From positions 2,157 to 66,156 of IMG/VR virus record IMGVR_UViG_3300033172_000001: a stretch of DNA of 64,000 bases; one strand, 5' to 3'. Under the pieces are notes generated by a model. The model was given only the letters and a program-made list of their open reading frames with translations, made no database searches and was not told the DNA's origin. The translations under genes and the position numbers were made by a program. Source of the DNA: a virus. Its lineage: Duplodnaviria; Caudoviricetes. Shown here piece by piece: positions 52,521 to 62,944 of this stretch; position 1 is the first letter of the stretch, and every line of letters begins with the position of its first letter.

Positions 52521-54846
52521 AATAACCAAATGAGTTGCTCATTGAACGAATTGATATGTCCGTTTCTCTCGGAGAAAGATTTGTATGAACTGATGATTTG
52601 TTTGATGAATTATTGATTGTCGTTTTTGGTGCATTGACGATTGCAGAACCACCGCCGCCTTTAGGCGTATTTGCGGTTCTTGCTGCATTGATGGAATTTC
52701 CGTATAATGATCCTGTTCTTGAGTCTTGAAAATTAATTTTTGGCTGAATAGGAGAAAGTTTGATATCGCCCTCTTCGTTTATACCAACAAATTTCAATTG
52801 ATTTTCATCATTACTCTTGACAGTGAATTCCTCTTTGTCTTTGAGAATTCTTCTTAAATTTTTTGTTGTTTCTTTGTCCCAATCATTCAAATCAAGAATA
52901 TCTTGAATCTGTTCAGCGTTGGCTTTTTTGACTTTTTCCCAGTTTCTAATTTCAGAATAACCGATAATATTTCTCTGAATGTCACCTTCTTCAATCATTT
53001 TACGGACAAATTCATCAGGCATTAATCCTTTTATCTTTTCTCTTGCGCCCATAACTTTTTCGGCCACTTTATCTTTTCCTACATTCAGTAGCCGTTTTGA
53101 CTCACCATAATATGCTTTTGCTTCTTCTTTTGCTATTTCAAGATTCCTGGCAAGATTTTCCGGGGCGTCCTTAATAAACTGAACAGGCGCACTTGCTGGT
53201 TCTGATCCTCTAAACTGCTTAACAACTTTTCCAACACCCGGAATCTTTTCAAGACTATTGAGAACCATATCAAATATTTTATCAAAAAGTTCATCCGCAA
53301 AAGACTTTACTTTGTCAAAAAGGAATGCCAAATCATCTTCATCTGGCAGTTGAATATTAAATAACGCTTCAAACCATCCTCTTATAAGTCTGAATGGTGC
53401 TTTTATCATGTTCGTTAGAGAGAACCCTTCAGGGAACGCAATGTCAAAAATATTAAGAAAAAAATCTTTTATTCTATTCAGAGTTTCATAAAACTTCAAA
53501 TAAAGTTTTGTTACTTTTTTGTCTACCCATTCTCCAAAATGAGTATCCAATCCAAAAATGCTAGTTATTACATCAACAAAGGATGCCAATTGGCCAAACA
53601 TTCCACCAACAGCAGAAGAAAGTCTGTCTGTTATTGTCACCATTTCTTCTGTTTTGTTTAATTTTTCTGCGGCATTTTTCCATCCTTTAAATGCGCCCCA
53701 AATTGATTCTAATATCAGAAGAGGATAACCAACCAATTTACCTAGTAGTCTTGTTGATTTTCCAAGAACTTTAAAGAATTTCACAAATCTTTCTTTAAAA
53801 ACTAACCACATCAACATCAAAGAATCAAAATCTATTCCTAATAATTTGCTAAAAATTCCTTGCTTCTCTGTTGATTTGTCTGAAATAAAAGATTCTTTGT
53901 CTATGCCACCAAGACCTTTAAGAGCATTAATTGTTTCATCGTGTCTTATTTGATCTTCATGATGCTTTTCAATTTCAGCAAATCTATTGCCTTGAGAATC
54001 CTTCGTAAGAATATTTACGCCATCTTCAATTCCTTCAAGTTTTTTATTTGAAACATCAATTGCTTCTTTTAGAACAACATTGCCTTTTGTCAAAAGATCA
54101 ATTATTGAATTGCTTATTTCAATGTCTTTCTCTTCATACCATGAATCTTCTTTTGTTTCTTTCTTTTTCTCTGCTTTTTTCTTTGCTTTTTCCGTTTCAT
54201 TTGGTTCGTCGGTTTTTAATATACCACGTTGTTTCACCATCTGTTCAAACTGTTTTTCTTTCGCTTCACTCATAAGACTTTCTTTCTTTTGTTTCTTTTC
54301 TTTGCGAACATCAACCGTATCTTGAATTAATGATCCAAGAAACATGAAAGCAGGATTGTCTAGGCCAATAGCCCCAAGCAAACCAGTAATAGAAGGAAGT
54401 TTTTCTTTAATTTTTTCCTTCATTACGTTTTTCATTGAATAATCAGTTTCAAGCAATTGTTTGTTGGTTCTTTCAAGTTCAGAAACCATATCATTGAAAA
54501 ATTTACTTTCTTCAACGGTGATTTCTTTCATTTCAGACAATTCATCAATTTGCTTTTTGAAATATTTTATAATTTCAGTGTTGTGTTTGGCTTCTGTTCG
54601 TGAATCAGCATCAAGAACACCAGAAACAATTTTTGTTTGAGTATCAAAAAGTTCATCAAACAATGCACTTTGGTTTTTATTTTCTTTTTCAAATCTTTCC
54701 GCAAATTCTTCATAGAGCATTGACTTACCAAATCTTGCAAGATCAGGAGATTTGCGGATAATGTCGTCAAGAGCATTAGATAATGCTTTGATATCCTTTG
54801 GATCAATTTGTTCTTGTTCTTGTCCTGATAAATTTTGGTCAGCCAT
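52519..54846 (-). CDS. Tape-measure / baseplate hub protein (gp29-like)
   Basis: Long helical protein with hydrophobic blocks; C-terminal AIVNAPKTTINN; follows 26 and 51. Confidence 0.6.
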   Translation of the reverse strand: MADQNLSGQEQEQIDPKDIKALSNALDDIIRKSPDLARFGKSMLYEEFAERFEKENKNQSALFDELFDTQTKIVSGVLDADSRTEAKHNTEIIKYFKKQIDELSEMKEITVEESKFFNDMVSELERTNKQLLETDYSMKNVMKEKIKEKLPSITGLLGAIGLDNPAFMFLGSLIQDTVDVRKEKKQKKESLMSEAKEKQFEQMVKQRGILKTDEPNETEKAKKKAEKKKETKEDSWYEEKDIEISNSIIDLLTKGNVVLKEAIDVSNKKLEGIEDGVNILTKDSQGNRFAEIEKHHEDQIRHDETINALKGLGGIDKESFISDKSTEKQGIFSKLLGIDFDSLMLMWLVFKERFVKFFKVLGKSTRLLGKLVGYPLLILESIWGAFKGWKNAAEKLNKTEEMVTITDRLSSAVGGMFGQLASFVDVITSIFGLDTHFGEWVDKKVTKLYLKFYETLNRIKDFFLNIFDIAFPEGFSLTNMIKAPFRLIRGWFEALFNIQLPDEDDLAFLFDKVKSFADELFDKIFDMVLNSLEKIPGVGKVVKQFRGSEPASAPVQFIKDAPENLARNLEIAKEEAKAYYGESKRLLNVGKDKVAEKVMGAREKIKGLMPDEFVRKMIEEGDIQRNIIGYSEIRNWEKVKKANAEQIQDILDLNDWDKETTKNLRRILKDKEEFTVKSNDENQLKFVGINEEGDIKLSPIQPKINFQDSRTGSLYGNSINAARTANTPKGGGGSAIVNAPKTTINNSSNKSSVHTNLSPRETDISIRSMSNSFGY

Positions 54847-54855
54847 ATTTGCTCT

Positions 54856-54975
54856 TTATTTTGTTTTTTCTATAAATTGAACAAGCAATCCGATATAAGA
54901 TTCCCTTTCCCATGGCTGCAACATATTTAATTCAGTTAGACTAAATTTGTATTGATTCATCAAAATGAAATTCAT
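54856..54975 (-). CDS. 51: gp51-like baseplate hub assembly protein (frame open upstream to 55025 and beyond)
   Basis: NFILMNQYKFSLTELNMLQPWERESYIGLL; not in the ORF track. Confidence 0.8.
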   Translation of the reverse strand: MNFILMNQYKFSLTELNMLQPWERESYIGLLVQFIEKTK

Positions 54976-55010
54976 TCGTATTCTATTAAAAATAGAATCA
55001 TGAGAAAGGC

Positions 55011-55742
55011 TTACCCGAAAAAATTTCTAATCCCCCCTAATTGATATTCATGAATTTTATTACAAGTTAAGCATTTTCCTTTTATTGAATGGACCATTTT
55101 TGGTGCATTTTCAATGAAATCAATAATCTTTTTCAATGTCTTTGAATTCATGTTTTTAATGAATCTTTCTTTTTCTTCAAATGTAAAATCGGATGCACTG
55201 TAAACGTTATCTCCACTAACGACGGTTTCCATCAATTCAGAAACAATTTTAATGGGGTTTGACTTTTCTTTATCATCAAGCAATAATATCAATGTTTCAA
55301 AACCGGGATATTTCATAACAAGCGAAACTGTATCATTCAATTTGACAACATTTCCACCTTTCACAAAAGTTGGTGCTTTAACGTCTTCAATATTAAAAAC
55401 ACAATCAACATTTCCTTTGCATTCTGGGGTCTTGCACTTCAAAGAAATTTCAACCTCTTCGCCGATAGATTTTGATCTAAGTTTAAGGAAGAAATATTCA
55501 ATATCAAAATAAGCAAGAGTGTTTGGGTCAACTTCACCAAACGTACACGAACGAATCAACTCTTTGATATTGTCAATCACAAGTTCAATATCTTCTGATT
55601 CTTTTACCATTAACATACTCTGTTCCTCTCCCACAGTAAAAGGTCGGTATTTGACTTTTTGACCGGAAGAAGGAATGACCAATGAATAAATTGGCGCCTG
55701 ATTTAGGGTATCAAGAATAGACTGCTTTGTTTGTTGTTTCAT
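55011..55742 (-). CDS. 26: Baseplate hub assembly chaperone gp26
   Basis: VIPSSGQKVKYRPFTVGEE, DIEYFFLKLRSKSIGE, MKYP, C..C...GIRNFF. Confidence 0.88.
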   Translation of the reverse strand: MKQQTKQSILDTLNQAPIYSLVIPSSGQKVKYRPFTVGEEQSMLMVKESEDIELVIDNIKELIRSCTFGEVDPNTLAYFDIEYFFLKLRSKSIGEEVEISLKCKTPECKGNVDCVFNIEDVKAPTFVKGGNVVKLNDTVSLVMKYPGFETLILLLDDKEKSNPIKIVSELMETVVSGDNVYSASDFTFEEKERFIKNMNSKTLKKIIDFIENAPKMVHSIKGKCLTCNKIHEYQLGGIRNFFG

Positions 55743-55823
55743 TTTGTTCTCCTTTCTCTTTATTGCTTATTGATTCTCTGTATTGCCACTGGCATAATTT
55801 TGAAATTCTTGATAATTTCAAAA

Positions 55824-56756
55824 TTAGTTGTAATCCATTTCAGAAGACGCATCAATTTGTTCTTGAGCGGGCAAATGTGGTTCTGCTTTGGGTTTAACTG
55901 TTGTTGGCTCTTGTGTTTGTGGCAATTGAACATCTGCTTTATCTCCAGCATGAACATTCGGGTCATAAATTTGAACATCGACTTTATCTCCAACATAAAC
56001 ACCGTTGACATAATCATCCGGGTTATAATCTGGTGGTACATAATATTCAGATACCATATCACTATCGTCAAATGTTTCATTTTCTGGTTCTGGATACTCA
56101 CCAGGAGTTTTATTTATATTAGGTTTGGGTTTAACTGTTGTTGGTTTTGGTTCAGCAGGAACCTGAACATCTGCTTTTGGTTTAGTGTGTACTGGTTTTG
56201 TTCCTTCAGGAACTTTATCAAATACTGTTGTACTTTCCCCTTGCTCGCCTTTAACTTCCCAATGGTGATAAGTAAATGAAACATTAAATAATGGAAGTTG
56301 ATCACCAGCAGTATAATCAAATGTCAAAGGATCCATACTAACAGGATATGCTTCAAAAAGTGTCGTGCTTGTCTTTACTTTTCCTTGTTTGTCTAAATTA
56401 TTAATAACAACTGTTCCTATAATTTCTTCATACCATGCCATATTCCATGAAGGATTTCCGCTCATTAATCGTTGCCATTGATTGAAGAAATCTCTTTCTT
56501 TCAAAACATCAGAGGCAATAAAAGACAATTGAACATCATCATATAATTCCATATAATGAATTTTTCTAACTGGACCATGAGTAAACAATTCTGTAGTTGA
56601 AAAACCACGGCCCGGCAATACAACAGAAGTACACCTTAATGAAATTTCTCTATCAAGAGTTCCAAAAGGCCCAGTAATCATAACTTCATATTTTGACAAA
56701 TCAAGTAAAGGATATTTACTCAATGATGCCTTTAATTCCTTTATTGATAATCCCAT
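55824..56756 (-). CDS. 54: Baseplate tail-tube initiator gp54-like, with low-complexity C-terminal extension
   Basis: LRCTSVVLPG, ERDFF..WQ, EAYP, F.V.FTYH.W. Confidence 0.7.
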   Translation of the reverse strand: MGLSIKELKASLSKYPLLDLSKYEVMITGPFGTLDREISLRCTSVVLPGRGFSTTELFTHGPVRKIHYMELYDDVQLSFIASDVLKERDFFNQWQRLMSGNPSWNMAWYEEIIGTVVINNLDKQGKVKTSTTLFEAYPVSMDPLTFDYTAGDQLPLFNVSFTYHHWEVKGEQGESTTVFDKVPEGTKPVHTKPKADVQVPAEPKPTTVKPKPNINKTPGEYPEPENETFDDSDMVSEYYVPPDYNPDDYVNGVYVGDKVDVQIYDPNVHAGDKADVQLPQTQEPTTVKPKAEPHLPAQEQIDASSEMDYN

Positions 56757-56762
56757 TTTGTT

Positions 56763-57353
56763 TTACCGGTAATATTTTCGTGAATCTGTCCAAACTTGTT
56801 TCTCTGTAGCGCCCTTGAATCTTGCTGCAGGAAGATGTATTGCTAAATGCCACTGTGAAGGCCTTATAATCATGATATTTGATCGTATATTCTTTTTAAT
56901 ATATCTCTTCAAACAAGGCTGAAAGTATCTATATTTTGATACGCTTTTTAATAATCCGTATGTAATTTTTAATTTTGTTGATTTGTTGAACCTAGCATTA
57001 TTTATCACATCCATCAATCTTGTGAGAAACGTTCCTCTTACTTTTGGGGGCAAATAATGCAGATTCAAAGAAAGAAAATGTTCGTTTGTTTCCTCAATAA
57101 CAATAGTTAACGGAAATTTATCCCAATACGGAAGTTTTCCATCGTATTTCGCTTGATATTTGTAATATACCATTCGTCCAATCAAAGGCACTTGTCCTCT
57201 ATAGCGAAGATCAGACATTGATTTTGATGATATATCAGACCGAGACAAATTTTTTATTTTTTCAGCAAACCACTTTTTGGCAAGACGTTCATCTTCGCCT
57301 TTATAAATATTCGTAGCGAACGGATTTTTCTTTGTTGTCTGTTTAATTGCCAT
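56763..57353 (-). CDS. 2: DNA end protector gp2
   Basis: GRMVYYKY.AK...LPYWDKFPL...LNLHYLPP...CLKRY...VW.DS. Confidence 0.92.
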   Translation of the reverse strand: MAIKQTTKKNPFATNIYKGEDERLAKKWFAEKIKNLSRSDISSKSMSDLRYRGQVPLIGRMVYYKYQAKYDGKLPYWDKFPLTIVIEETNEHFLSLNLHYLPPKVRGTFLTRLMDVINNARFNKSTKLKITYGLLKSVSKYRYFQPCLKRYIKKNIRSNIMIIRPSQWHLAIHLPAARFKGATEKQVWTDSRKYYR

Positions 57354-57891
57354 TTCGTTTCATCGTGGTTATTGGTTTCAGTCTTTTGATCTGTTTTTTG
57401 TTTTTTCCGCGTTGCACATGCCTGAATCGTTGAGAAACTTGAATTTTGATTCCTAATTTTTGCAATTCTTCTTCTGTCCATATAACGAAAACCGCGCCCC
57501 TTCTTTCAGCAACGATTTTTGCAGCATCCCATTTGCTTGTATTCACCGCATACGTTTTTGCTTCATATAAATATCTTTTTTTTGTCTTCTTTTTAGTCTT
57601 AACTGGTTCTTTTGTCTGTGCTTTTGGTTTTACTTCAACCAGCAATTTTGCTCCATTTTTAAATACAATATTGAAGTCAACATAATATCGGTGAGGTTTT
57701 CCGTCAAACTTTGAAATATAAGGAATTACAATTTCCTCTGAGCCCCACAATAAAACATCGTCATTATTGTCCAGCCATATCATGAGACTCCTTTCCCATG
57801 ACGATCTAAAAACTATTTCTTTGATTCTTCTGGGGTTGGAATACTTTTCTGGATTTTTTGGTCTGTAAAAACCTTGATAAAATTTTGACAT
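57343..57891 (-). CDS. 4: Head completion nuclease gp4
   Basis: YQGFYRPKNPEKY...RSSWE...WGSEE..IPY...HRYYVDF...EVKP...VN..KW.AA. Confidence 0.93.
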   Translation of the reverse strand: MSKFYQGFYRPKNPEKYSNPRRIKEIVFRSSWERSLMIWLDNNDDVLLWGSEEIVIPYISKFDGKPHRYYVDFNIVFKNGAKLLVEVKPKAQTKEPVKTKKKTKKRYLYEAKTYAVNTSKWDAAKIVAERRGAVFVIWTEEELQKLGIKIQVSQRFRHVQRGKNKKQIKRLKPITTMKRNGN

Positions 57892-57927
57892 AGCCTCCGC
57901 AATATCTTATTGATTGAGTATGAGTTG

Positions 57928-57964
57928 TATAAATAAAAGAAATATCTTTTCAGTTTTATTTATA
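57928..57964. promoter_or_regulatory. Face-to-face T4 late promoters for gene 48 (+) and gene 4 (-)
   Basis: TATAAATA at 57928-57935 (+) and 57957-57964 (-). Confidence 0.75.
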
Positions 57965-57984
57965 CAAAGACAAAAGGACATAAA

Positions 57985-58743
57985 ATGGCAATTGATTTAT
58001 TGTTAAATCATAAACAACAAAGCGGAATTACTCGAATAGGCGATTTCGGTCAAAACGCTCCTTTTACAATGTTTAGAGTTGGCGGCGAAATAATCTTAAT
58101 TCAAATGCCAGTTTCAATCATGAGCAGAGGGGCGTTATTGTGGGACCAGAGAGATTTTACTCCAGATAGTGTTATGGCGAATGCAGCAGTTGAATTAGTT
58201 GATGCAGATTCTTTAATTAAAAATTTACCATGGGCAGGAACAACTGCTGGAAGAGGTATCGTTGAACAAGCGAAAAGAGGCGTACAATCAAGAATAGGTG
58301 AAGCTGTTGGTTTTAGGGACGCAGCAGACTACATGGCACACAAAGCAGGAAAAGCAGTCAATCCGAATAAAGAATTGACTTTCTCTGGTCTTGGATACAG
58401 AAACTTCAACTTTGAATTTGAAATTGTTCCAACAAACAAAGCAACGAATGACGCAATTGCAGTGTTCACAGCAACCATGCAATACTACGCCGCGCCTGAT
58501 TTTGCAGGAGCAGGAAAAACGTATTTTGCTTATCCTGATCTATGGGAAGTTAGTTTTGTTCCTGATAATTATTTACCAAGAATAATGCCTTGTTATTTGA
58601 CAGATTATTCAATCAACTATGCAGGAGCAGGTAAATTGGTTCTTCATGAAAGCGCAGCGCCCCTTGCGGTTACATTTTCAATGACATTCACCGAAGCAGA
58701 ACTTCACATGAGAGACAAGATTCTATCAGGATATTGGGGATAA
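57985..58743 (+). CDS. 48: Baseplate tail-tube cap gp48
   Basis: NPNKELTFSG...RNFNF.F..P...YPD.W...C.LT...NY...P...SMTF.E. Confidence 0.88.
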   Translation: MAIDLLLNHKQQSGITRIGDFGQNAPFTMFRVGGEIILIQMPVSIMSRGALLWDQRDFTPDSVMANAAVELVDADSLIKNLPWAGTTAGRGIVEQAKRGVQSRIGEAVGFRDAADYMAHKAGKAVNPNKELTFSGLGYRNFNFEFEIVPTNKATNDAIAVFTATMQYYAAPDFAGAGKTYFAYPDLWEVSFVPDNYLPRIMPCYLTDYSINYAGAGKLVLHESAAPLAVTFSMTFTEAELHMRDKILSGYWG

Positions 58744-58744
58744 A

Positions 58745-59323
58745 ATGAAAATTTTCAAAGAACGATTTTATTATTTCAATGGATTCCCGAGAATTAAATA
58801 TTATCTGAATGATGAAGAAAAAGATTCAATTGATTTTCTTCATAGATGGGCTTTTAGGGAAACAATAAAAAACAACTCTGCTTCTTTTTCAAAATGGATT
58901 ATCCGTGATGAAGACACGATGTTCAGCATTGCTGAAACTCTTTACAAATCACGATATTATTTTTGGGTTGTTTTAATGATGAACGATATGATTGATCCTT
59001 TATTTGATTGGCCAATGAATGAACACGATTTGTATGAGTACACAAAAAAGAAATACGGCCCTGAAAACATTGATGGTGTTCATCATTACGAAGCAGATGA
59101 AGACGATAATCTTTATTCGTATCCTCCGGGAACAATTGTTTCTCTTGACTATCAGAACCACATTGAATCTGGTACATCAAGAAATATCATTGCAATTAAT
59201 AATTACGTGTATGAATCAAGAAAAAATGAAGATAAGCGAATTATCAAACTTTTAAAACCAGAATATCTTGATCAGGTAAAGAAAGAGCGGGATCAAATCA
59301 CAAAACAAGGATTCATAATCTAA
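58745..59323 (+). CDS. 53: Baseplate wedge gp53
   Basis: YIIR-like DEDT..IAE.LY...YFWVVLMMN...DP..DWP...HHYE...NE.KR.IKLLKP. Confidence 0.88.
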   Translation: MKIFKERFYYFNGFPRIKYYLNDEEKDSIDFLHRWAFRETIKNNSASFSKWIIRDEDTMFSIAETLYKSRYYFWVVLMMNDMIDPLFDWPMNEHDLYEYTKKKYGPENIDGVHHYEADEDDNLYSYPPGTIVSLDYQNHIESGTSRNIIAINNYVYESRKNEDKRIIKLLKPEYLDQVKKERDQITKQGFII

Positions 59324-60795
59324 TGGCTTACAATTACTTTGGCGCAGAAATTGATCCAGGTGCGTATGACGTTGATTATTTGAAGATAATCGGGGATGAA
59401 GGAGAAGTAGATGTTACATACCTCCTTATTGAATTGAACATCATTGAAAATATTTTTGCAAAATGCATTACAGGATCTATTGTTTTACAAGATTCGTTGA
59501 ATATCATAACGAATCTTCCAGTAAGAGAAGGTGATTTGATTGAAGGAAGACTAAAAACTATTGATACTGATCCTTATGTTTCAATGTTTGACCCTGACGG
59601 AGAAATTGAATTTACTTTTGAAATAATAAAAATTTCACACCAAGAAAAAATCAAACAAGATTCTCAAGTTTGGTCTGCTTCTTTTGTATCATCAACATGG
59701 ACAGACAATCTTGCTAATAGAATTTCAAGATCATGGAAGCAAGTTCAATATAACACCATTATTGAAGACATATTTATGGACTATTTGAGACACCAAGGAT
59801 TAAAGAAAAAACTGCCGATTAAACCATTAGACGCAAAACCAACAGAAGGATTGTGGAATGTTGTTATTCCTAATTGGAAACCTTATGATGCAATAACTTG
59901 GATTTCAAGGCGTTCGTTTGATGGAATTGCTGTTAATTTTTTGTTTTATGAAGACAAAGAGCAGTTTTATTATATTTCAATGAATGAAATTCTTGGCAAA
60001 GGTCCTGTTGAAGAATATTTTACATCTTCAGCGGATAGATTTGTTTCAGATGGAATGTCAGACGAACCAAATCCTGAGTATCTTCGTCCGAGATACTTGA
60101 ATATTGCCACAATGAAGTTTCTTGGTTATCATGACATTACAAAAGCAGCAGCAAAAGGAATGATCGGAAATAGAATGATACGGTGGGATCCTTTTTATAA
60201 AAGGGTGACTGACTTCTATCCTCATGGCCCAGAAGCACCAAATTATACACTTGATGAACCTTACAATTATATTGACGATTTTGAAGCATTAAACCACTGT
60301 GAAAAATTAAGAGAACTTATCAGGGACGAAGTAAGCGCAAAATTCAGCACAGAAGAAGCTAATACTGTTTTAACGGTTGTTCCTGATCATAACCATTGTT
60401 GGGATGACCAAGAAACATTTGAGACAGAAAAATATGTTCGTCAAAGACCGGGCCAAATTGAACAACTTGAATTCTTGGCGCTTGAAGTAACGATGCCGGG
60501 AAACTTCACCAGAAGAGTAGGAGAAAAAATAGAAATTGACTTTAATTCTCCTGAGTTTAAATTTAAAGGACCAGACGAAACGCCTGTTCCTGATGTTCGT
60601 TTTAGGGGGAATTGGCTTATTGCTACTTTAAGACGAAAATTCACTTCAGACAGACACACGCTTGTTTGTGAACTAATAAAAGACAATTATCATACGTTGA
60701 GAATTAATCCGATTTGGGAGGATATGCTTCCTCCTAAATCAGATCCTCAAGCAAAACTCAAGTATGACGGTCACGGAAATGTTAGAGGTCTTTAA
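59323..60795 (+). CDS. Baseplate hub protein (gp27-like)
   Basis: ENIF..ITGSIVLQDS.N...P...VIPNWKP..AI...FLFYE...PGN...G.KI...GNWLI..LR..F. Confidence 0.7.
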   Translation: MAYNYFGAEIDPGAYDVDYLKIIGDEGEVDVTYLLIELNIIENIFAKCITGSIVLQDSLNIITNLPVREGDLIEGRLKTIDTDPYVSMFDPDGEIEFTFEIIKISHQEKIKQDSQVWSASFVSSTWTDNLANRISRSWKQVQYNTIIEDIFMDYLRHQGLKKKLPIKPLDAKPTEGLWNVVIPNWKPYDAITWISRRSFDGIAVNFLFYEDKEQFYYISMNEILGKGPVEEYFTSSADRFVSDGMSDEPNPEYLRPRYLNIATMKFLGYHDITKAAAKGMIGNRMIRWDPFYKRVTDFYPHGPEAPNYTLDEPYNYIDDFEALNHCEKLRELIRDEVSAKFSTEEANTVLTVVPDHNHCWDDQETFETEKYVRQRPGQIEQLEFLALEVTMPGNFTRRVGEKIEIDFNSPEFKFKGPDETPVPDVRFRGNWLIATLRRKFTSDRHTLVCELIKDNYHTLRINPIWEDMLPPKSDPQAKLKYDGHGNVRGL

Positions 60796-62417
60796 TGGAA
60801 TCACAAAATTTAATGGGGTTGACAGGAAGATTTTTTCACTTTGTTGGTGTTGTTGAATGTATTCTTGATCCTGAAAAACTTGGTCGCGTTCGGGTAAGAG
60901 TTTTAGGAGAGCATACACAAGACAAAGCTGAAATTCCTACTGATCATTTACCGTGGGCAATGGTGGTTATGCCCGTGAATTCTGCATCTATATCAGGAGT
61001 TGGAGAATCTCCTCTCGGCCTTATGGTAGGTTCATGGGTTGTTGGATTTTATCTTGACGGGGAAAACAAACAACAACCTTGCATTCTCGGTTCTTTGGGT
61101 GGATTTCCTCTTGATCCTCCTTTTGGTGATGTTGGTTTTAATGACTTCACTGAATGTTTTCCGCAAGAGGACAAACTTGAAGAACCAGACACAAATAGAC
61201 TTGCAAGAGGAATTGTCGGCGAACATGTTAAAGAACACGTTGCCGTTACTGTCAGAAAAGAATCAGTAATGAACAATATTGCAACTGCCGCTGATCAATG
61301 GTCAGAGCCAGAAACACCTTATGCTGCAATCTATCCTTACAATTATGTATGGGAAGGTCCGTATAATCCAAAGTGTGACGGGTGTGAGTGGGGGCATTTA
61401 GAAGAATGGGACAGCACCCCCGGGGCAGAACGATATTTCAGACAACACAAAACGTCACAAAATTTTCTTGAAATTCACCCTGACGGAAAAGAAGTACGAA
61501 AAATTTATGGAGATGGATTTGAGATTGACTTAGGATCAAAACATTTGTACGTTGAAGGCGATTATCGGGTTACTGTCATGGGAAACAAAGATGAATACAT
61601 TAAAGGAGACTATTGGCAACACATTGAAGGTGATTATATCAGAGTAGTAGAAGGCGATAAGATTTGCATGACTGAAGGGAAAGACGCCTTGACTTCTCAA
61701 GATGAAATAATTCAAAGAGCAAAAGGAAATATATTCGTTGCCTCAGAACAAAACCTGATAAATCAAGCAAATACTGATATAAATATTCTTTCTGGTTCAA
61801 AAGTCAAAATATCTTCTGTTCAAGAATCAACAATAGGAATTGGTTCTTATTCTCCTATCACAATTGAACCCATCCCGCCAATTAACGTTGATTCAGATAG
61901 TTTTCCTTCTGTTACATTAAAATGCGATGAAATGAATCAAGAAAAAGATACCATTTCAAACACTATTATTCCAGAAATTCCTGCATTTTCATTAGAAGCA
62001 TCCTCAACGTTTGACACTCAAGTAAAAGTTGTTCCGGATAAAATTTATGTTGACGCCGACGATATTCATGAATTAGGCGAAACGTATTTTAAAGAAGACG
62101 TTCATTTTAACAAAAATGTTTTTGTTTTCAACACAATAAACGTCAATGATGATATCAAAATTGACGGAGATTTGCATGTTGGAATGGACGCTTATATAGG
62201 CAACTATCTTGAAGTATTTAAAGAAATATGGGGAATTGTAGTTGAAACTCCGGGTATCCCGCCAGAAGAAGCAGACGTTCCAACAAAAGCAGAAGAAACA
62301 GAAAAAGCGACAATCACAGGAGCATCTGAAATACCAAACAAAACTTATTCGCCTAATAATAAATCCACAACTCCGGTTGAGCCAGACGATTATTTTGAAT
62401 GCGAAGAAAGCGATTAA
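60795..62417 (+). CDS. 5: Baseplate hub / tail needle gp5 (OB-fold, no lysozyme domain)
   Basis: GVVE..DPEKLGRVRVRV.G.H...LPWA...GSWVVGF..DG...QQP...YPYN...GHLEEWDSTPG.ER; beta-helix-like repeats. Confidence 0.88.
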   Translation: MESQNLMGLTGRFFHFVGVVECILDPEKLGRVRVRVLGEHTQDKAEIPTDHLPWAMVVMPVNSASISGVGESPLGLMVGSWVVGFYLDGENKQQPCILGSLGGFPLDPPFGDVGFNDFTECFPQEDKLEEPDTNRLARGIVGEHVKEHVAVTVRKESVMNNIATAADQWSEPETPYAAIYPYNYVWEGPYNPKCDGCEWGHLEEWDSTPGAERYFRQHKTSQNFLEIHPDGKEVRKIYGDGFEIDLGSKHLYVEGDYRVTVMGNKDEYIKGDYWQHIEGDYIRVVEGDKICMTEGKDALTSQDEIIQRAKGNIFVASEQNLINQANTDINILSGSKVKISSVQESTIGIGSYSPITIEPIPPINVDSDSFPSVTLKCDEMNQEKDTISNTIIPEIPAFSLEASSTFDTQVKVVPDKIYVDADDIHELGETYFKEDVHFNKNVFVFNTINVNDDIKIDGDLHVGMDAYIGNYLEVFKEIWGIVVETPGIPPEEADVPTKAEETEKATITGASEIPNKTYSPNNKSTTPVEPDDYFECEESD

Positions 62418-62509
62418 ATACTAAAAGAATGAAGTCAATTCATCTCCCGCTTATAGAAGACGGGAGACTTCTTGCCACAAATTCGTTAAAATTTTTCTAA
62501 TGGTCTAAA

Positions 62510-62935
62510 ATGGCAAACAGATATAAATATAATTACATTGAATCAAATCCAAGCAGAACATACACGGATTTAAATTTTTCGTTTGCGAAACACCCAATAA
62601 CAAATGATGTTGCGAAAAAAACAAACGAGGAAGCAATCAAACAAAGCCTAAAATCTTTAATTTATCTTGGGAAAAATGAAAAACCTTTTCATCCTGAAAT
62701 AAGTGGAGGGATATATGATTTCTTGTTTGAAAACATTGCTGAAGAAAATCTTGATGTTATTTTAGAGAAAAAAATCCATCATGTATTAAGTGTTTATGAA
62801 CCAAGAGCGGAAATTCGGGGTGTATCAGTAAAAGCCTCTCCTGAAAGAAATGGATTCAGTATTTCAGTTTATTTTGTCGTTCTCAACACATTATCTCCAG
62901 TAACCCTAGACATGTTTCTTAAAACAGTCAGATAA
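62510..62935 (+). CDS. 25: Baseplate wedge gp25
   Basis: YTDLNFSF..HP...AIKQSL..LI...EKPF.P...LFE...YEPR. Confidence 0.92.
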   Translation: MANRYKYNYIESNPSRTYTDLNFSFAKHPITNDVAKKTNEEAIKQSLKSLIYLGKNEKPFHPEISGGIYDFLFENIAEENLDVILEKKIHHVLSVYEPRAEIRGVSVKASPERNGFSISVYFVVLNTLSPVTLDMFLKTVR

Positions 62936-62944
62936 GGAATTAAC

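Noticed and set aside
60795-62417. gp5 without a lysozyme domain as a novelty
   Set aside because: Common among non-enteric T4-like phages.
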